The position numbers and the translations under genes are program-made. The notes under the pieces are model-generated. The model worked only from the letters and a program-made list of their open reading frames with translations, made no database searches and was not told the origin of the DNA. A DNA stretch of 64,000 bases from Burkholderiales bacterium (GTDB lineage: Bacteria > Pseudomonadota > Gammaproteobacteria > Burkholderiales > SG8-41), in the NCBI GenBank assembly GCA_038144955.1, contig JAYQOT010000003.1, positions 5,343-69,342 on the forward strand, read 5' to 3'. Within the stretch, counting starts at the first letter, position 1. Every line of letters begins with the position of its first letter. Below, piece after piece: positions 1 through 13,855 of the stretch.

Positions 1-7
1 ACGGCGC

Positions 8-1099
8 CTAGGCTTTCGCGCCGAGCTGGAGCGCGCGGTCTTTCGATGCTTTCAGGCTGTCCGGTGTCGCGCTGCCGGTCCAGCCAAGCACGTTTTTCAG
101 TGTGATGTCGGTCAATGCGTGGATCCAGTCGTTGCGCTCGTTGAGGCAGGGGATATAGTGCAGTTCCTTGCCGCCGGCCTTGAGGAAATCGCCCCTGGCT
201 TCGATCGCGATTTCTTCCAGCGTTTCCAGGCAGTCGCTGACAAAGCCGGGACAGGTAACATCGACGCGCGGAATTTTCTTTGTCGCGAGTTCCTTGAGCG
301 TTTCGGAGGTGTACGGTTTAAGCCATTCGGCGCGGCCGAAGCGCGACTGGAAGGTGATGGTGTAGAAATCCGGCTTCAGCCCGATCTGCTCGGCGATCAG
401 GCGGCCGGTTTTCAGGCATTCGCAGTGGTAGGGGTCGCCGAGTTCGAGCGTGCGCCGCGGCACACCGTGGAAGCTCAGAACGAGGTGGTCGCCGCGGCCG
501 TGCTTGAACCAGTAGTCCTGGATATTCTGGGCAGAGGCCTTGATGTAGGCGTCGTGGTCATGGAAGTGTTTCACCGTGCGCAGCGCCGGCTGGTTGCGCA
601 TGCTGGCGAGGGCGTCGAATGCAGCCTTGAATACGGTGGCGGTGGTACTCGCGGAATACTGCGGGTACAGCGGTAGCAGCAAGATGCGGTCGCAGCCTTG
701 CGCTTTCAGGGTTTTGAGTTTTGTATCGATCGAAGGTTTACCGTAACGCATCGCGTAGTCGACGACATGGGGCTGCTTCAACCGTTCCCCCAGGTAGCCG
801 CGCAGCAGGTTGGCCTGGCGTTCGGTGTGCACTTTCAGCGGCGAACCCTCGTTGGTCCAGATCTGCGCGTAGCGCTGCGCCGAAGCTTTCGGCCGCAGGG
901 TCAGTACGAACAGGTTGAGAATCACCCACCACACCGGACGCGGGATTTCGACGACAAAAGGGTCGGACAGGAATTCACGCAGGTAGCGGCGTACTGCACC
1001 GGGAGTCGCGGCATCGGGGGAGCCGAGGTTGATCAGCAGGATGCCGATCTTCGGCTGCGTGCCGTGGGCAAAAGACGGTTCTTTGGTGAAGGGGCCCAT
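8..1099 (-). CDS. hemH: ferrochelatase
   Basis: 363-aa ORF. N-terminus [38 protein letters not shown] is the classic ferrochelatase signature region, and the length is typical. Confidence 0.9.
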   Translation of the reverse strand: MGPFTKEPSFAHGTQPKIGILLINLGSPDAATPGAVRRYLREFLSDPFVVEIPRPVWWVILNLFVLTLRPKASAQRYAQIWTNEGSPLKVHTERQANLLRGYLGERLKQPHVVDYAMRYGKPSIDTKLKTLKAQGCDRILLLPLYPQYSASTTATVFKAAFDALASMRNQPALRTVKHFHDHDAYIKASAQNIQDYWFKHGRGDHLVLSFHGVPRRTLELGDPYHCECLKTGRLIAEQIGLKPDFYTITFQSRFGRAEWLKPYTSETLKELATKKIPRVDVTCPGFVSDCLETLEEIAIEARGDFLKAGGKELHYIPCLNERNDWIHALTDITLKNVLGWTGSATPDSLKASKDRALQLGAKA

Positions 1100-1165
1100 C
1101 GTTGTGAAAGTCAGGTTCGTGGAGGGCCTAGGGTAACACCACGTGCGCTGCCCCCGGCTGCGTGG

Positions 1166-2200
1166 CTAGCGTTGGGTTAATGCGCTGCTGAGCAGTTTCG
1201 CGGTGATATCGACGATGGGGATGACGCGCTCGTAGGCCATGCGCGTGGGTCCGATGACGCCGACGGTGCCGACTACCTTGCCGTCGACTTCGTACGGGGC
1301 GGTGACGACGCTGCATTCGTCCAGCGGCTGCAGCCCCGCTTCGCCGCCGATAAAGATCTGCACGCCCTGGGCACAGCTGGATACGTCGAGCAGCTGCAGC
1401 AGCGTAGTGCGGTGCTCGAACAGGTTGAACAGGTCGCGCAGCTTGGTCATGTTCGACGACAGGTCATCGATGCCAAGCAGGTTGACTTCGCCCGAGATCA
1501 CCACGTCCTCCGCGGAATCGCTGGCGGCCTGATCGCCCGCGGCCAGTGCCGCCGACATCAGCTGGGTCATGTCTTCCCGCAACTGTTTGAGTTCAGCGTG
1601 GATGCGCCGACGGATTTCGTCGAAGCTGCAGCCGGCGAAATTCTGGTTGAGGATGTTGGCGGCTTCGACCAGTTCCGCCGGGGTGTACGATTTTTCGGTC
1701 TGGATGATGCGGTTCTGCACGTCGCCTTCGGCGGTGACCAGGATCAGCAGGATGCGTTTTTCGGCGAGCTTGAGGAATTCAATGTGGCGGAAACCGCCGC
1801 TGCGCCGCGGCGTGACCACGACGCCGGCAAAGTGGGTCAGCTCCGACAGCATGTGCGAGGCCGAGGACACCAGCTTGTGCGTGTTCTCGACCTGCAACTG
1901 GCCCTCGAGCTGGTTGATTTCGATGCGGTCCAGCGGTTTGACCGTGAGCAGGGTGTCAACGAAGAAACGGTAGCCGCGCGGGGTCGGTATGCGTCCTGCC
2001 GAAGTGTGCGGGCTGGCGATGAAGCCCATTTCTTCGAGGTCGGCCATCACGTTGCGGATGCTCGCCGGCGACAGGTCCAGTCCCGAAAACTTCGACAGTG
2101 CGCGCGAGCCCACCGGCTGCCCGTCGGCGATATAGCGCTCGACCAGCGTTTTCAGCAGCAGCTGGGCGCGTTCGTTCAGTGCCTGTGATTCCTTTGCCAT
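1166..2200 (-). CDS. hrcA: heat-inducible transcriptional repressor HrcA
   Basis: [36 protein letters not shown]...[28 protein letters not shown] matches the HrcA N-terminal winged helix. Start moved to the internal ATG at 2200; the longer ORF to 2263 would cover a CIRCE-like repeat. Confidence 0.9.
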   Translation of the reverse strand: MAKESQALNERAQLLLKTLVERYIADGQPVGSRALSKFSGLDLSPASIRNVMADLEEMGFIASPHTSAGRIPTPRGYRFFVDTLLTVKPLDRIEINQLEGQLQVENTHKLVSSASHMLSELTHFAGVVVTPRRSGGFRHIEFLKLAEKRILLILVTAEGDVQNRIIQTEKSYTPAELVEAANILNQNFAGCSFDEIRRRIHAELKQLREDMTQLMSAALAAGDQAASDSAEDVVISGEVNLLGIDDLSSNMTKLRDLFNLFEHRTTLLQLLDVSSCAQGVQIFIGGEAGLQPLDECSVVTAPYEVDGKVVGTVGVIGPTRMAYERVIPIVDITAKLLSSALTQR

Positions 2201-2231
2201 GAAATTTATTTTACACAAAAAGCTTTGTTTG

Positions 2232-2258
2232 CCAGCACTCCCGGTGGTGGAGCGCCAA
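2232..2258. promoter_or_regulatory. CIRCE-like inverted repeat (degenerate)
   Basis: CCAGCACTC-N9-GAGCGCCAA compared with the CIRCE consensus TTAGCACTC-N9-GAGTGCTAA. The spacer is exactly 9 nt and each arm matches about 7/9. It lies about 30 nt upstream of the hrcA ATG. Confidence 0.3.
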
Positions 2259-2320
2259 TCCATTGTTTTTAATGGGTTTGCTGGAAACCGGGTAGCGGGG
2301 AATTATGGTTTAATGCCGCC

Positions 2321-3199
2321 ATGCCTTCCGCCTTCAACACCGTTGCACTGATCGGCAAATACAACTCTCCGGAGATCGCCGGTCCGGTGCTGCAGCTCGC
2401 ACGTTTTCTGGAAAAGCGTGACGTCCGGGTGCTGATTGACCGCCTGACCGCGGCGCATATTCCGGATTGTCCCTACTCGGTGCTGCGGCTGGAGGACCTG
2501 GGGCGGGAAGCCGACCTGGCCGTAGTGCTTGGCGGCGACGGCACCATGCTCAACATCGCGCGCACCTTCGCCCCCTACGAGGTGGAACTGGTAGGGGTCA
2601 ACCAGGGGCGCCTGGGATTCCTTACCGACATTTCCCTCGACACCATGTTCGAGACGATCACCGCGATCCTGGACGGCCAGTACGTGACCGAGGAGCGCAT
2701 GCTGCTTTCCGCCGAGGTGTGGAGCGGCAACGGTGAACAGGAACGTGTATTCGAGGTGCTCGCTTTCAACGATGTGGTGGTCGCCAAGGGTTTTGCCGGC
2801 GGCCTGGTCGAGATCGAGGTTCGCGTCGATGGCCAGTTCATCTACAACCAGCGTTCCGACGGACTGATTGTGGCGACGCCGACCGGTTCCACCGCCTATG
2901 CGCTGTCGTCGGGCGGACCGATCGTGCACCCGTCGCTGTCGGTGATTACCCTGGTGCCGGTTTCACCGCATACCTTGTCCAATCGCCCGATCGTCCTCAG
3001 CGGGGACTGCACAGTGGAGATCATCGTGCGCAGTGCGGATGATCCGCGTGCGCATTTCGACAGCCATTCGCATTTTGACCTGCGTGAAGGTGATCGGGTT
3101 GCGGTGAAGCGTTATCCGCACAAGATCAAGCTGCTGCATCCGGTCGGCCACAGTTATTACGCGATGCTGCGTGAGAAGCTTCACTGGAATCGGGACTGA
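2321..3199 (+). CDS. nadK: NAD+ kinase
   Basis: 292 aa with the GGDGTMLNIAR motif and NAD-kinase architecture. Divergent from hrcA and followed by recN, a common arrangement. Confidence 0.9.
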   Translation: MPSAFNTVALIGKYNSPEIAGPVLQLARFLEKRDVRVLIDRLTAAHIPDCPYSVLRLEDLGREADLAVVLGGDGTMLNIARTFAPYEVELVGVNQGRLGFLTDISLDTMFETITAILDGQYVTEERMLLSAEVWSGNGEQERVFEVLAFNDVVVAKGFAGGLVEIEVRVDGQFIYNQRSDGLIVATPTGSTAYALSSGGPIVHPSLSVITLVPVSPHTLSNRPIVLSGDCTVEIIVRSADDPRAHFDSHSHFDLREGDRVAVKRYPHKIKLLHPVGHSYYAMLREKLHWNRD

Positions 3200-3369
3200 T
3201 CCTCAAAATCCCTGTGCTTGAAATGAATTCGTTGCGCGCGGAGTTTATCCCGGTGTTTCCCCCGGGATTCCTCCTCGCCTTGCCCTCGTGTAATGTCTCG
3301 TCGAAGCCTCGCGCGCTCCTTGTCCTGCCTGCGCTCGGACAATTTTGAGAAGGGTTCAGCGATAACAAT

Positions 3370-5028
3370 ATGCTCGTTCGTCTCGTCATCCAGGATTTCG
3401 TCATTGTCGAGCGCCTCGAACTCGAGTTCGGCTCCGGCTTCACGGTCTTGACCGGCGAGACGGGCGCGGGCAAATCCATATTGATTGATGCACTGGCGCT
3501 GACGCTGGGAGAACGTGCGGAAGCCATCGCAGTGCGGCAGGGCGCGAGCAAGGCGGATATCACTGCCGAGTTTGCAGTCGACGGCAACCAGCCGCTGCGG
3601 ACCTGGCTCGATGCCAGCGATCTTGCCGGCGACGAAGGCGTTTGCCTGTTGCGCCGGGTCATCGAATCTTCAGGGCGTTCGCGCGGTTTCATCAACGGCC
3701 ATCCGGCAACCGCTGCGCAGCTGCGGGAAGCCGGCGATTTCCTCGTAGATATCCACGGCCAGCACCAGCACCAGTCGTTGAGCCGGCCCGGGACGCAGCG
3801 CGCGCTGACCGATGGTTACGGCGGTCTTGAGGCGCAGGCGGTGCAGGTTGCTGACCTGTGGCGGACGTGGCAGCGGCGGCGCGAGGAGCGGCTTGCGTTC
3901 GAAGGCAATGCCGCCGCCATTTCCGCGGAGCGCGAACGGCTGGAATGGCAGTTGCAGGATCTTGATGCGCTGAAGCCCGTTCCGGGGGAATGGGCTGCGG
4001 TGGGTGCCGAGCATGCCCGTCTCGCCCATGCGGCCAGCCTGATCGAGGCGGCGCAGTCCGGCGTGGAAATGCTGTCCGAGGGGGAGGGGGCCGCACTGGA
4101 ACAGTTGAACGCGGTCATTGCCCGGCTGCAACCGCTGCTGCAGCACGATATGCGGTTGAAGGACATTCTCGATGCGCTGGAACCGGCGCAGATTCAACTG
4201 CAGGAGGGAGTCAGTGCGCTGCGTCGTTACGGCGAACGCACTGATCTTGATCCGCAGCGCCTGAAAGAAGTGGAGCAGCGTCTTGATGCTCTGCACAGTG
4301 CGGCGCGCAAGTACCGGGTTGACCCCGAGGCGTTGCCGGAACTCATTGAGCATGTCCGCGAACGCCTGGCAGAGCTCGCTGCCGGTGGTGATCCGCAGAC
4401 GCTGCGCAGGCGCGAAGCGGAAGCCGAGGCTGCTTATACAGAGGCGGCGAAGAAACTGACAGCTGGAAGAAAAAAGGCTGCAAAGAAGCTGGGTGAAGCG
4501 GTAACGGCTGCGATGCAGGACCTGGCGATGCAGGGCGGACGGTTCGAAGTGGCGCTGGAGGCGGTGGAGACACCCGCGGCGTACGGGCTCGAGCAGATCG
4601 AGTTCCGGGTGGCTCCGCACAAGGGCATGACGCCGCAGCCGCTGGCCAAGACCGCTTCCGGAGGCGAACTGTCGCGGCTCTCGCTGGTGATCCAGACGGT
4701 ATTAAGCCGCCTGGCACAGGTGCCGACGCTGATTTTCGACGAGGTGGATGCCGGCATCGGCGGCCGCGTGGCCGAAATCGTCGGCCGCATGCTCAAGGCG
4801 CTGGGGGCAAAACACCAGGTGATGTGCATCACCCACCTGCCGCAGGTGGCAGCCGCAGCGGACCGGCAATGGCGGGTGAGCAAATCCGCAGCTCGCGGCA
4901 AGACCACTTCCACCGTGGAGGCACTGGAAGCCCGTGCGCGGGTCGAGGAAATCGCGCGCATGCTCGGCGGCGTGAAAATCACCGATACCACGCGCAAGCA
5001 CGCGGCCGAACTGCTCGGCGGGAAATAA
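3370..5028 (+). CDS. recN: DNA repair protein RecN
   Basis: 552 aa with N-terminal Walker A (LTGETGAGKSILIDAL), a long coiled-coil middle and a C-terminal SMC signature (ASGGELSRLSL...LIFDEVDAGIGG). Confidence 0.95.
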   Translation: MLVRLVIQDFVIVERLELEFGSGFTVLTGETGAGKSILIDALALTLGERAEAIAVRQGASKADITAEFAVDGNQPLRTWLDASDLAGDEGVCLLRRVIESSGRSRGFINGHPATAAQLREAGDFLVDIHGQHQHQSLSRPGTQRALTDGYGGLEAQAVQVADLWRTWQRRREERLAFEGNAAAISAERERLEWQLQDLDALKPVPGEWAAVGAEHARLAHAASLIEAAQSGVEMLSEGEGAALEQLNAVIARLQPLLQHDMRLKDILDALEPAQIQLQEGVSALRRYGERTDLDPQRLKEVEQRLDALHSAARKYRVDPEALPELIEHVRERLAELAAGGDPQTLRRREAEAEAAYTEAAKKLTAGRKKAAKKLGEAVTAAMQDLAMQGGRFEVALEAVETPAAYGLEQIEFRVAPHKGMTPQPLAKTASGGELSRLSLVIQTVLSRLAQVPTLIFDEVDAGIGGRVAEIVGRMLKALGAKHQVMCITHLPQVAAAADRQWRVSKSAARGKTTSTVEALEARARVEEIARMLGGVKITDTTRKHAAELLGGK

Positions 5029-5065
5029 CGGTCGGGGAGTCAGGCGGGCTGCCCGCTGGATCCGG

Positions 5066-5497
5066 TCAGGCCCGGTTCTTGTGCGGACAGTTGTTCTTCA
5101 GGCAATCGGCGTAGATGTGCAGCGAATGATCGTGGATGCGGAAGCCGCGTTCCTTGGCGATCTTTTCCTGCCGTTTTTCGATTTCCGGGTCGTAAAATTC
5201 CTCGACATGACCGCACTGGACGCAGACCAGGTGATCGTGATGGTTGCCCTGGTTGAGTTCGTACACTGCCTTGCCGGATTCGAAATGATGGCGCATCAGC
5301 AGTCCGGCCTGCTCGAACTGGGTCAACACCCTGTAAACCGTGGCAAGCCCGGTATCCGTTCCTTCCTCGACCAGTTTTTTGTAGACGTCTTCGGCAGAAA
5401 GATGGCGGATATCGCTTTTCTCGAACAATTCGAGAATGCGCAGGCGCGGCAACGTGGCCTTGAGGCCGATGGTTTTCAGGTCGTCCGGAGAGCTCAT
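5066..5497 (-). CDS. fur: ferric uptake regulator Fur
   Basis: 143 aa with [14 protein letters not shown]...[15 protein letters not shown] and the [11 protein letters not shown]...C..NC metal-site motifs. Confidence 0.9.
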   Translation of the reverse strand: MSSPDDLKTIGLKATLPRLRILELFEKSDIRHLSAEDVYKKLVEEGTDTGLATVYRVLTQFEQAGLLMRHHFESGKAVYELNQGNHHDHLVCVQCGHVEEFYDPEIEKRQEKIAKERGFRIHDHSLHIYADCLKNNCPHKNRA

Positions 5498-5597
5498 GCT
5501 GGTCGTGCCGGTCGGTGCGCCTTTCGCAGGTCAATTCGGCTATGATACCAACAAAGATATCTTGATTGCCCCTTGCGAGCCGGGCGCCTTAAATCCA

Positions 5598-5963
5598 ATG
5601 AAAAAGCTGCTGATCATCGTTTTGTTGCTGCCGGGCTGCAGTTACGTTCCTGCAATTCCCACGCTGGCTCCGTACAAGATCGACATCCAGCAGGGCAATT
5701 ACGTGACCCAGGACATGGTGGCCAAGCTGAAGCCCGGCATGTCGCGCAGCCAGGTGCGTTTCGCGCTGGGTACGCCGCTGGTTGCCGACCCTTTCCATGC
5801 AGACCGTTGGGATTACGTCTATATGCTGCACAAGAAAGGCGATCTCGTTGAGCAGCGTCTGGTCACGGTATTGTTCAAGGGCGACCAGCTCGAAAGGATA
5901 GAGGGCGATGTGGTGCCGGGCCCTGCCAATCCAGCATCACCTGCTGCGCAGGAGAAGAAATGA
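5598..5963 (+). CDS. bamE: outer membrane protein assembly factor BamE (SmpA/OmlA lipoprotein)
   Basis: Signal peptide plus lipobox [14 protein letters not shown], then an [24 protein letters not shown] SmpA/OmlA-like core. Start moved to the internal ATG at 5598. Divergent from fur, as in many proteobacteria. Confidence 0.8.
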   Translation: MKKLLIIVLLLPGCSYVPAIPTLAPYKIDIQQGNYVTQDMVAKLKPGMSRSQVRFALGTPLVADPFHADRWDYVYMLHKKGDLVEQRLVTVLFKGDQLERIEGDVVPGPANPASPAAQEKK

Positions 5964-6781
5964 CTGCGACCGGAGTGACACGCATCGCCATCGCCGGCAG
6001 CAGTGGCCGCATGGGGCGCATGCTGCTTGAAGCCGTTGGCAACGATGCGCGTGCCCGGTTGGCGGCTGCGCTGGAAATCGCGGGCAATCCGCTGGTCGGC
6101 CGCGATGCCGGGGAACTCCACGGCGCTTCACGTGGCGTGAAGCTCAGTGATGACCCGGAACGGGCGCTGTCCGGCGCTGACGTGCTGATCGATTTCACCC
6201 GGCCCGAGGGTACGCTGCACCATGTCGCAGTCTGTCGCAAGCTCAAGGTGCGGATGGTGATCGGCACGACTGGATTTGACGAGGCCGGCAAAAATACGAT
6301 TGCCGAAGCTGCGCGCGACATCGGCATAGTGTTCGCGCCAAACATGAGCGTCGGGGTCAACGTCACGCTGAAACTGCTGGAGATGGCGGCCAAAGCCATG
6401 GGCGCTGACCATGACATCGAGATCATCGAGGCGCATCACAAACACAAGGTCGATGCACCGTCGGGCACCGCGCTGAAGATGGGCGAAGTGATTGCCGGCG
6501 CGCTCGGGCGCAACCTCAAGGACTGCGGCGTATTCGCCCGCGAGGGTGTCACCGGGGAACGCAAGCCCGGCACCATCGGCTTTGCCACGATACGCGGCGG
6601 GGACATCGTCGGCGATCACACCGCCATGTTTGCCGGTACCGGCGAGCGCGTTGAAATTACCCACCGTTCCAACAGTCGGGCCAACTACGCCCTGGGTGCG
6701 CTTCGCGCCGCACATTTCCTGATGACGAAGCCCGCCGGGCAGTTCGACATGTGGGACGTGCTTGATCTTAAAAGAAAATAA
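5960..6781 (+). CDS. dapB: 4-hydroxy-tetrahydrodipicolinate reductase
   Basis: 273 aa with [13 protein letters not shown] Rossmann start and [15 protein letters not shown] catalytic motif. ATGA overlap with the bamE stop. Confidence 0.9.
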   Translation: MTATGVTRIAIAGSSGRMGRMLLEAVGNDARARLAAALEIAGNPLVGRDAGELHGASRGVKLSDDPERALSGADVLIDFTRPEGTLHHVAVCRKLKVRMVIGTTGFDEAGKNTIAEAARDIGIVFAPNMSVGVNVTLKLLEMAAKAMGADHDIEIIEAHHKHKVDAPSGTALKMGEVIAGALGRNLKDCGVFAREGVTGERKPGTIGFATIRGGDIVGDHTAMFAGTGERVEITHRSNSRANYALGALRAAHFLMTKPAGQFDMWDVLDLKRK

Positions 6782-6802
6782 AATCAACAGGTTATAAAAA
6801 CC

Positions 6803-7573
6803 GTGAAAAGGCTGTCGCAAGCCGCAGTTGTCACCATCCTCTTCGCAGTGATGGGCGTTGCTGCAGCCGCCGGAATCACGGTGCGTGACGTCAGCTACCG
6901 CAACGGCGACATCGAGGTCGGCGCCAAACTCTATCTGCCCGAAGGCCGCGCGCCGCATCCCGCGGTGCTTTATGTTCATGCCCGCCGCGGCTGGGATCTC
7001 GAGGCCGACGCCCAGGTGCGGCGTATCGTCGCCCGCGGCATTGCGGTAATTGCGCCGGACTATCACAGTCCGCGCTTCATCACGGCGTGGCCCATCGAAC
7101 ACGATCCGGCTACCGAAAAGGATGTCGAACTGGCGATCGACGCGCTGAAGAAAATCCCGGAGGTTCGATCTGACCGCATCTGCGTAGTCGGCTTCTCGCG
7201 CGGCGGCTACCATGCCGTGCTGCTTGCGGCGCGCCGTAGCGAAGTTGCCTGCATCGTGACTTATTACGGGCACATGGTAAATCCGAATGCCCCGGAGCCG
7301 GTCCAGGTCTACCGCTATGCGCCTGAAATTGAAAAAATCAGCGTGCCAGTGATGTTCATCGTCGGCGACGAGGAGCAGGAACTGCGCCGCACCGGCATCC
7401 GCCGTGCCTATTACGCACTGCTCAAGCGTGGCGTGCCGGTGGAAATGCTGATGTATCCCCATGCGCGCCGTGCTTTCGATTTCCGCCAGGATCAGCGCGA
7501 GGAGGAGAAAATGGCGACCGAAGATGCGGCAAAACGGGCCTCTGAGTTCATCCGGCGTGCTCTGAACCGATGA
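6803..7573 (+). CDS. secreted alpha/beta hydrolase, dienelactone-hydrolase family
   Basis: Signal peptide, then a GFSRGG nucleophile elbow and a PVMFIVGDEE...H tail typical of DLH-fold hydrolases. GTG start. Confidence 0.6.
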   Translation: MKRLSQAAVVTILFAVMGVAAAAGITVRDVSYRNGDIEVGAKLYLPEGRAPHPAVLYVHARRGWDLEADAQVRRIVARGIAVIAPDYHSPRFITAWPIEHDPATEKDVELAIDALKKIPEVRSDRICVVGFSRGGYHAVLLAARRSEVACIVTYYGHMVNPNAPEPVQVYRYAPEIEKISVPVMFIVGDEEQELRRTGIRRAYYALLKRGVPVEMLMYPHARRAFDFRQDQREEEKMATEDAAKRASEFIRRALNR

Positions 7574-7598
7574 TTTGGCCTCAAATTTCGGTCAAGGG

Positions 7599-7627
7599 TT
7601 TGTCGCGGTAGCGCCTCTCGCGTATAA
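7599..7627 (+). promoter_or_regulatory. candidate sigma70 promoter of carAB
   Basis: TTGTCG, 17 nt spacer, TATAAT, located about 80 nt upstream of the carA start. Confidence 0.4.
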
Positions 7628-7706
7628 TTCTTTCTCCAAGAACAGCGGGACGGGCTGCAATCCGTCCCGCTTGTCGTATCAAACCCAATAAAATCAGGAG
7701 CTTGTC

Positions 7707-8850
7707 GTGTCCTCGCGTACGCCTGCCATTCTTGTACTGAAGGATGGCACGGTATTTCGAGGCGTCTCGATAGGTGCTGAGGGCCTGGTTGCCGGGGAAG
7801 TGGTGTTCAACACCGCGATGACCGGATATCAGGAAATCCTTACCGACCCCTCGTACTGCCGGCAGATCGTCACTCTGACCTATCCGCATATCGGCAACAC
7901 CGGCGCCAATCCTGAAGACGTCGAATCTGAAAAGATCCAGGCTGCCGGACTGGTGATCCGCGACCTGCCGCTGCAGGTTTCGAATTTCCGTTCCACCCAG
8001 GCGCTGGACGATTACCTGCGCGCCGGCAAGGTGGTGGCGATCGCGGGCATCGACACCCGCAAACTTACGCGCTTGCTGCGCGACAAGGGTGCGCAGGACG
8101 GCTGCATCATGGCCGGCAAAATCGATGAAAAGGCCGCACTGAAGGCGGCCAGGGAATTTCCTGGACTCGTCGGCATGGACCTGGCGAAAGTTGTGTCCTG
8201 CGCGAAACCCTACGAAACCGATGAGTCGGTGTGGGCGCTCGGTTCCGGCTACGGCAAACGCGGCGAAACGAAATTCCATGTCGTTGCCTATGACTTCGGT
8301 GTCAAGCGCAACATCCTGCGCATGCTTGTCGCACGCGGCAGCAAATTGACTGTGGTGCCGGCGCAGACGCCCGCGGCCGAGGTGATGAAACTCAATCCCG
8401 ACGGCGTGTTCCTGTCCAACGGTCCCGGCGATCCCGAGCCCTGCGACTACGCGATTCGCTCCATCCGCGAACTGCTCGGGATGGGCGTGCCGCTGTTCGG
8501 CATCTGCCTCGGTCACCAGTTGCTGGCGCTGGCCTGCGGCGCGAAAACGCTGAAAATGAAATTCGGTCACCATGGTGCCAATCACCCGGTCCAGGATCTC
8601 GACACTAAACGGGTAATGATCACCAGTCAGAACCACGGCTTTGCGGTGGACGCCAAAACACTGCCGGCCAACGCACGGGTGACTCACGTTTCACTGTTTG
8701 ACGGCAGCCTGCAGGGCTTTGCACTGACCGACAAACCCGCATTCTGTTTCCAGGGCCATCCGGAGGCCAGTCCGGGCCCGCATGATGTCGATTACCTGTT
8801 CGACCGGTTCATCGGATTGATGGACAAGAAAAAAGCCGGGACGGTGCGCC

Positions 8851-8858
<8 letters not shown>
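7707..8858 (+). CDS. carA: carbamoyl-phosphate synthase small (glutaminase) subunit
   Basis: 383 aa with [14 protein letters not shown] start and the GICLGHQLL catalytic Cys motif. GTG start. 8-nt overlap with carB. Confidence 0.95.
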
Positions 8859-12072
<3,214 letters not shown>

Positions 12073-12151
12073 GTTCAAGGCGGCACATGGTGCCGCTGTC
12101 CGGTGGCTCGACAATATTTTCAGGTTAATACGGAAGATGGGGGGATAACCC

Positions 12152-12628
12152 ATGAATGCGAAAACTCCATTGACGGTCAAAGGCGCTGAACTGCTGCGCG
12201 CCGAGCTTCACGAATTGAAGACGGTGCAGCGACCGGCGATCATCAACGCCATTGCGGAGGCGCGTTCCCACGGGGATCTTTCTGAAAACGCTGAATATTC
12301 GGCGGCCAAGGAACGGCAGAGCTTTATCGAAGGCCGCATCGCCGAACTTGAATCGAAAATCTCGAATGCGCAGATCATCGACCCTGCGACGATCGATACT
12401 GATGGTCGTTGCGTATTCGGCGCTACGGTGGATCTTGAGGAAGAGGGCGGTGCTGCTGTGACTTACCAGATCGTCGGGGACGACGAGGCTGACATCAAGC
12501 AGGGCAAGATATCCATCAGTTCCCCGATCGCGCGTGCGCTGATCGGCAAGTACGCAGGCGATGTTGCTGAAGTCCAGGCCCCCGGGGGGCTGCGAGAATA
12601 CGAGATTATCGACGTCCGTTACGTGTAG
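12152..12628 (+). CDS. greA: transcription elongation factor GreA
   Basis: 158 aa with the [24 protein letters not shown] coiled-coil motif. Confidence 0.95.
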   Translation: MNAKTPLTVKGAELLRAELHELKTVQRPAIINAIAEARSHGDLSENAEYSAAKERQSFIEGRIAELESKISNAQIIDPATIDTDGRCVFGATVDLEEEGGAAVTYQIVGDDEADIKQGKISISSPIARALIGKYAGDVAEVQAPGGLREYEIIDVRYV

Positions 12629-12708
12629 TCTGGACTTGGTACGAAGAAGCCCCCAAGACAGGGGTTTGCGTGTGTTGCCTTCCTGTCAGGCCGGCGGGTA
12701 ACTGCCGG

Positions 12709-13098
12709 TTAAGATCCCTGATAACTGCGTTTGGTGCGACGTGGTTCCCTGCGCGGCGCGGAACGTTTTCCGTTCTTCGGTTTCCCTGAGGTTTTGATCT
12801 GCGAAGGCGAGGAATCCGGATCTGCGTCGGGACGTGGCCGGTAGACGACGAGGATTTTTCCGATATGCTGCACGGGCGCCGCGTCGAGTTGATTGCAGAC
12901 GGTATTGATGAGACTTTCGCGTGCTCCACGGTCGTCGCCAAGCACGCGTATCTTGATCAGTTCGTGGCTTTTGAGAATGGCGTCGATTTCGCGTGAGACT
13001 GCGGGTGTAAGCCCGGCATCACCGATCATCACGACGGGTTGCAGGTGGTGGGCGCGTGCGCGCAGCGCACGGCGTTCGGCAGGTGTCAGGTTCAGCAT
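12709..13098 (-). CDS. yhbY: ribosome assembly RNA-binding protein YhbY (CRS1/YhbY domain) with a basic C-terminal tail
   Basis: LTPAERRALRARAHHLQPVVMIGDAGLTPAV...ELIKIRVLG is the YhbY fold signature. Start moved to the internal ATG at 13098. Divergent from rlmE-ftsH as usual. Confidence 0.8.
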   Translation of the reverse strand: MLNLTPAERRALRARAHHLQPVVMIGDAGLTPAVSREIDAILKSHELIKIRVLGDDRGARESLINTVCNQLDAAPVQHIGKILVVYRPRPDADPDSSPSQIKTSGKPKNGKRSAPRREPRRTKRSYQGS

Positions 13099-13138
13099 GG
13101 TGCGAAGTTTAACAGGGCACGGCGATTGATCGACGGTT

Positions 13139-13765
13139 ATGGCCAAGAACAAATCCAGCAAAGCTTGGATGCACGAGCATGTCACAGATCCCTATGTACG
13201 GCGGGCGCAGTCCGAGGGCATGCGTTCGCGGGCGGCTTACAAGCTGCAGCAACTGGCCGAACGCGATCATCTGCTGAAACAGGGACTTACCGTGATCGAT
13301 CTGGGAGCTGCGCCAGGTGGGTGGTCACAGGTGGCGAGGCAGGCCGTTGGAGACTCGGGGCGGGTAATTGCCGTCGATCTGCTGGAAATGCAGCCGGTTG
13401 CCGGTGTCGAATTCATCCGCGGCGATTTTGGCGAGGACCCGGTACTCAAGGCGCTGGAAGACATGCTGGGTGGGCAAGGGGTGGATCTTGTGTTGTCGGA
13501 TATGGCCCCCAATATCTCAGGGGTTGCTGCCGTGGATCAGGCACGCAGCGTCGGATTGGCGGAGCTGGCACTGGATTTTGCAGTCAACCACCTGAAACCG
13601 AAGGGGAATTTTCTGGTCAAAGTGTTTCAGGGCTCGGGGTTCGATGCGCTGGTTGCCGAAGTCAGGCGGCGGTTTGTGCAGGTGCTGATCCGCAAACCCG
13701 AAGCCTCGCGCAGCCGTTCGAACGAGGTTTACGTGGTTGCCAAGGGTCTGAAAACCGGGAAATAG
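13139..13765 (+). CDS. rlmE: 23S rRNA (uridine2552-2'-O)-methyltransferase RlmE/FtsJ
   Basis: 208 aa with [13 protein letters not shown]...G.RSRAAYKL and the [16 protein letters not shown] motif. Confidence 0.9.
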   Translation: MAKNKSSKAWMHEHVTDPYVRRAQSEGMRSRAAYKLQQLAERDHLLKQGLTVIDLGAAPGGWSQVARQAVGDSGRVIAVDLLEMQPVAGVEFIRGDFGEDPVLKALEDMLGGQGVDLVLSDMAPNISGVAAVDQARSVGLAELALDFAVNHLKPKGNFLVKVFQGSGFDALVAEVRRRFVQVLIRKPEASRSRSNEVYVVAKGLKTGK

Positions 13766-13855
13766 CCGGGTTTCCGGGCTGCGATAATGGGTAAAAACGT
13801 CTAGAATTGAAATACTTAGATTCATGCGCATCTGCTTGCCGGTGCGCGACAAGGA

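Noticed and set aside
3200-3369. LexA (SOS) box upstream of recN.
   Set aside because: I looked for CTGT-N8-ACAG. Only a half-site is present (CTGTGCTTGAAATGAA at about 3212), with no matching ACAG arm.
5498-5597. Fur box in the fur/bamE divergent region, and Fur-box-like AT hexamers near 50590-50607 upstream of exbB.
   Set aside because: Only loose GATA/AAT-rich matches (GATACCAACAAAGATATC and TTAATTAAATCATC). They are too far from the 19-bp consensus to support a call by eye.
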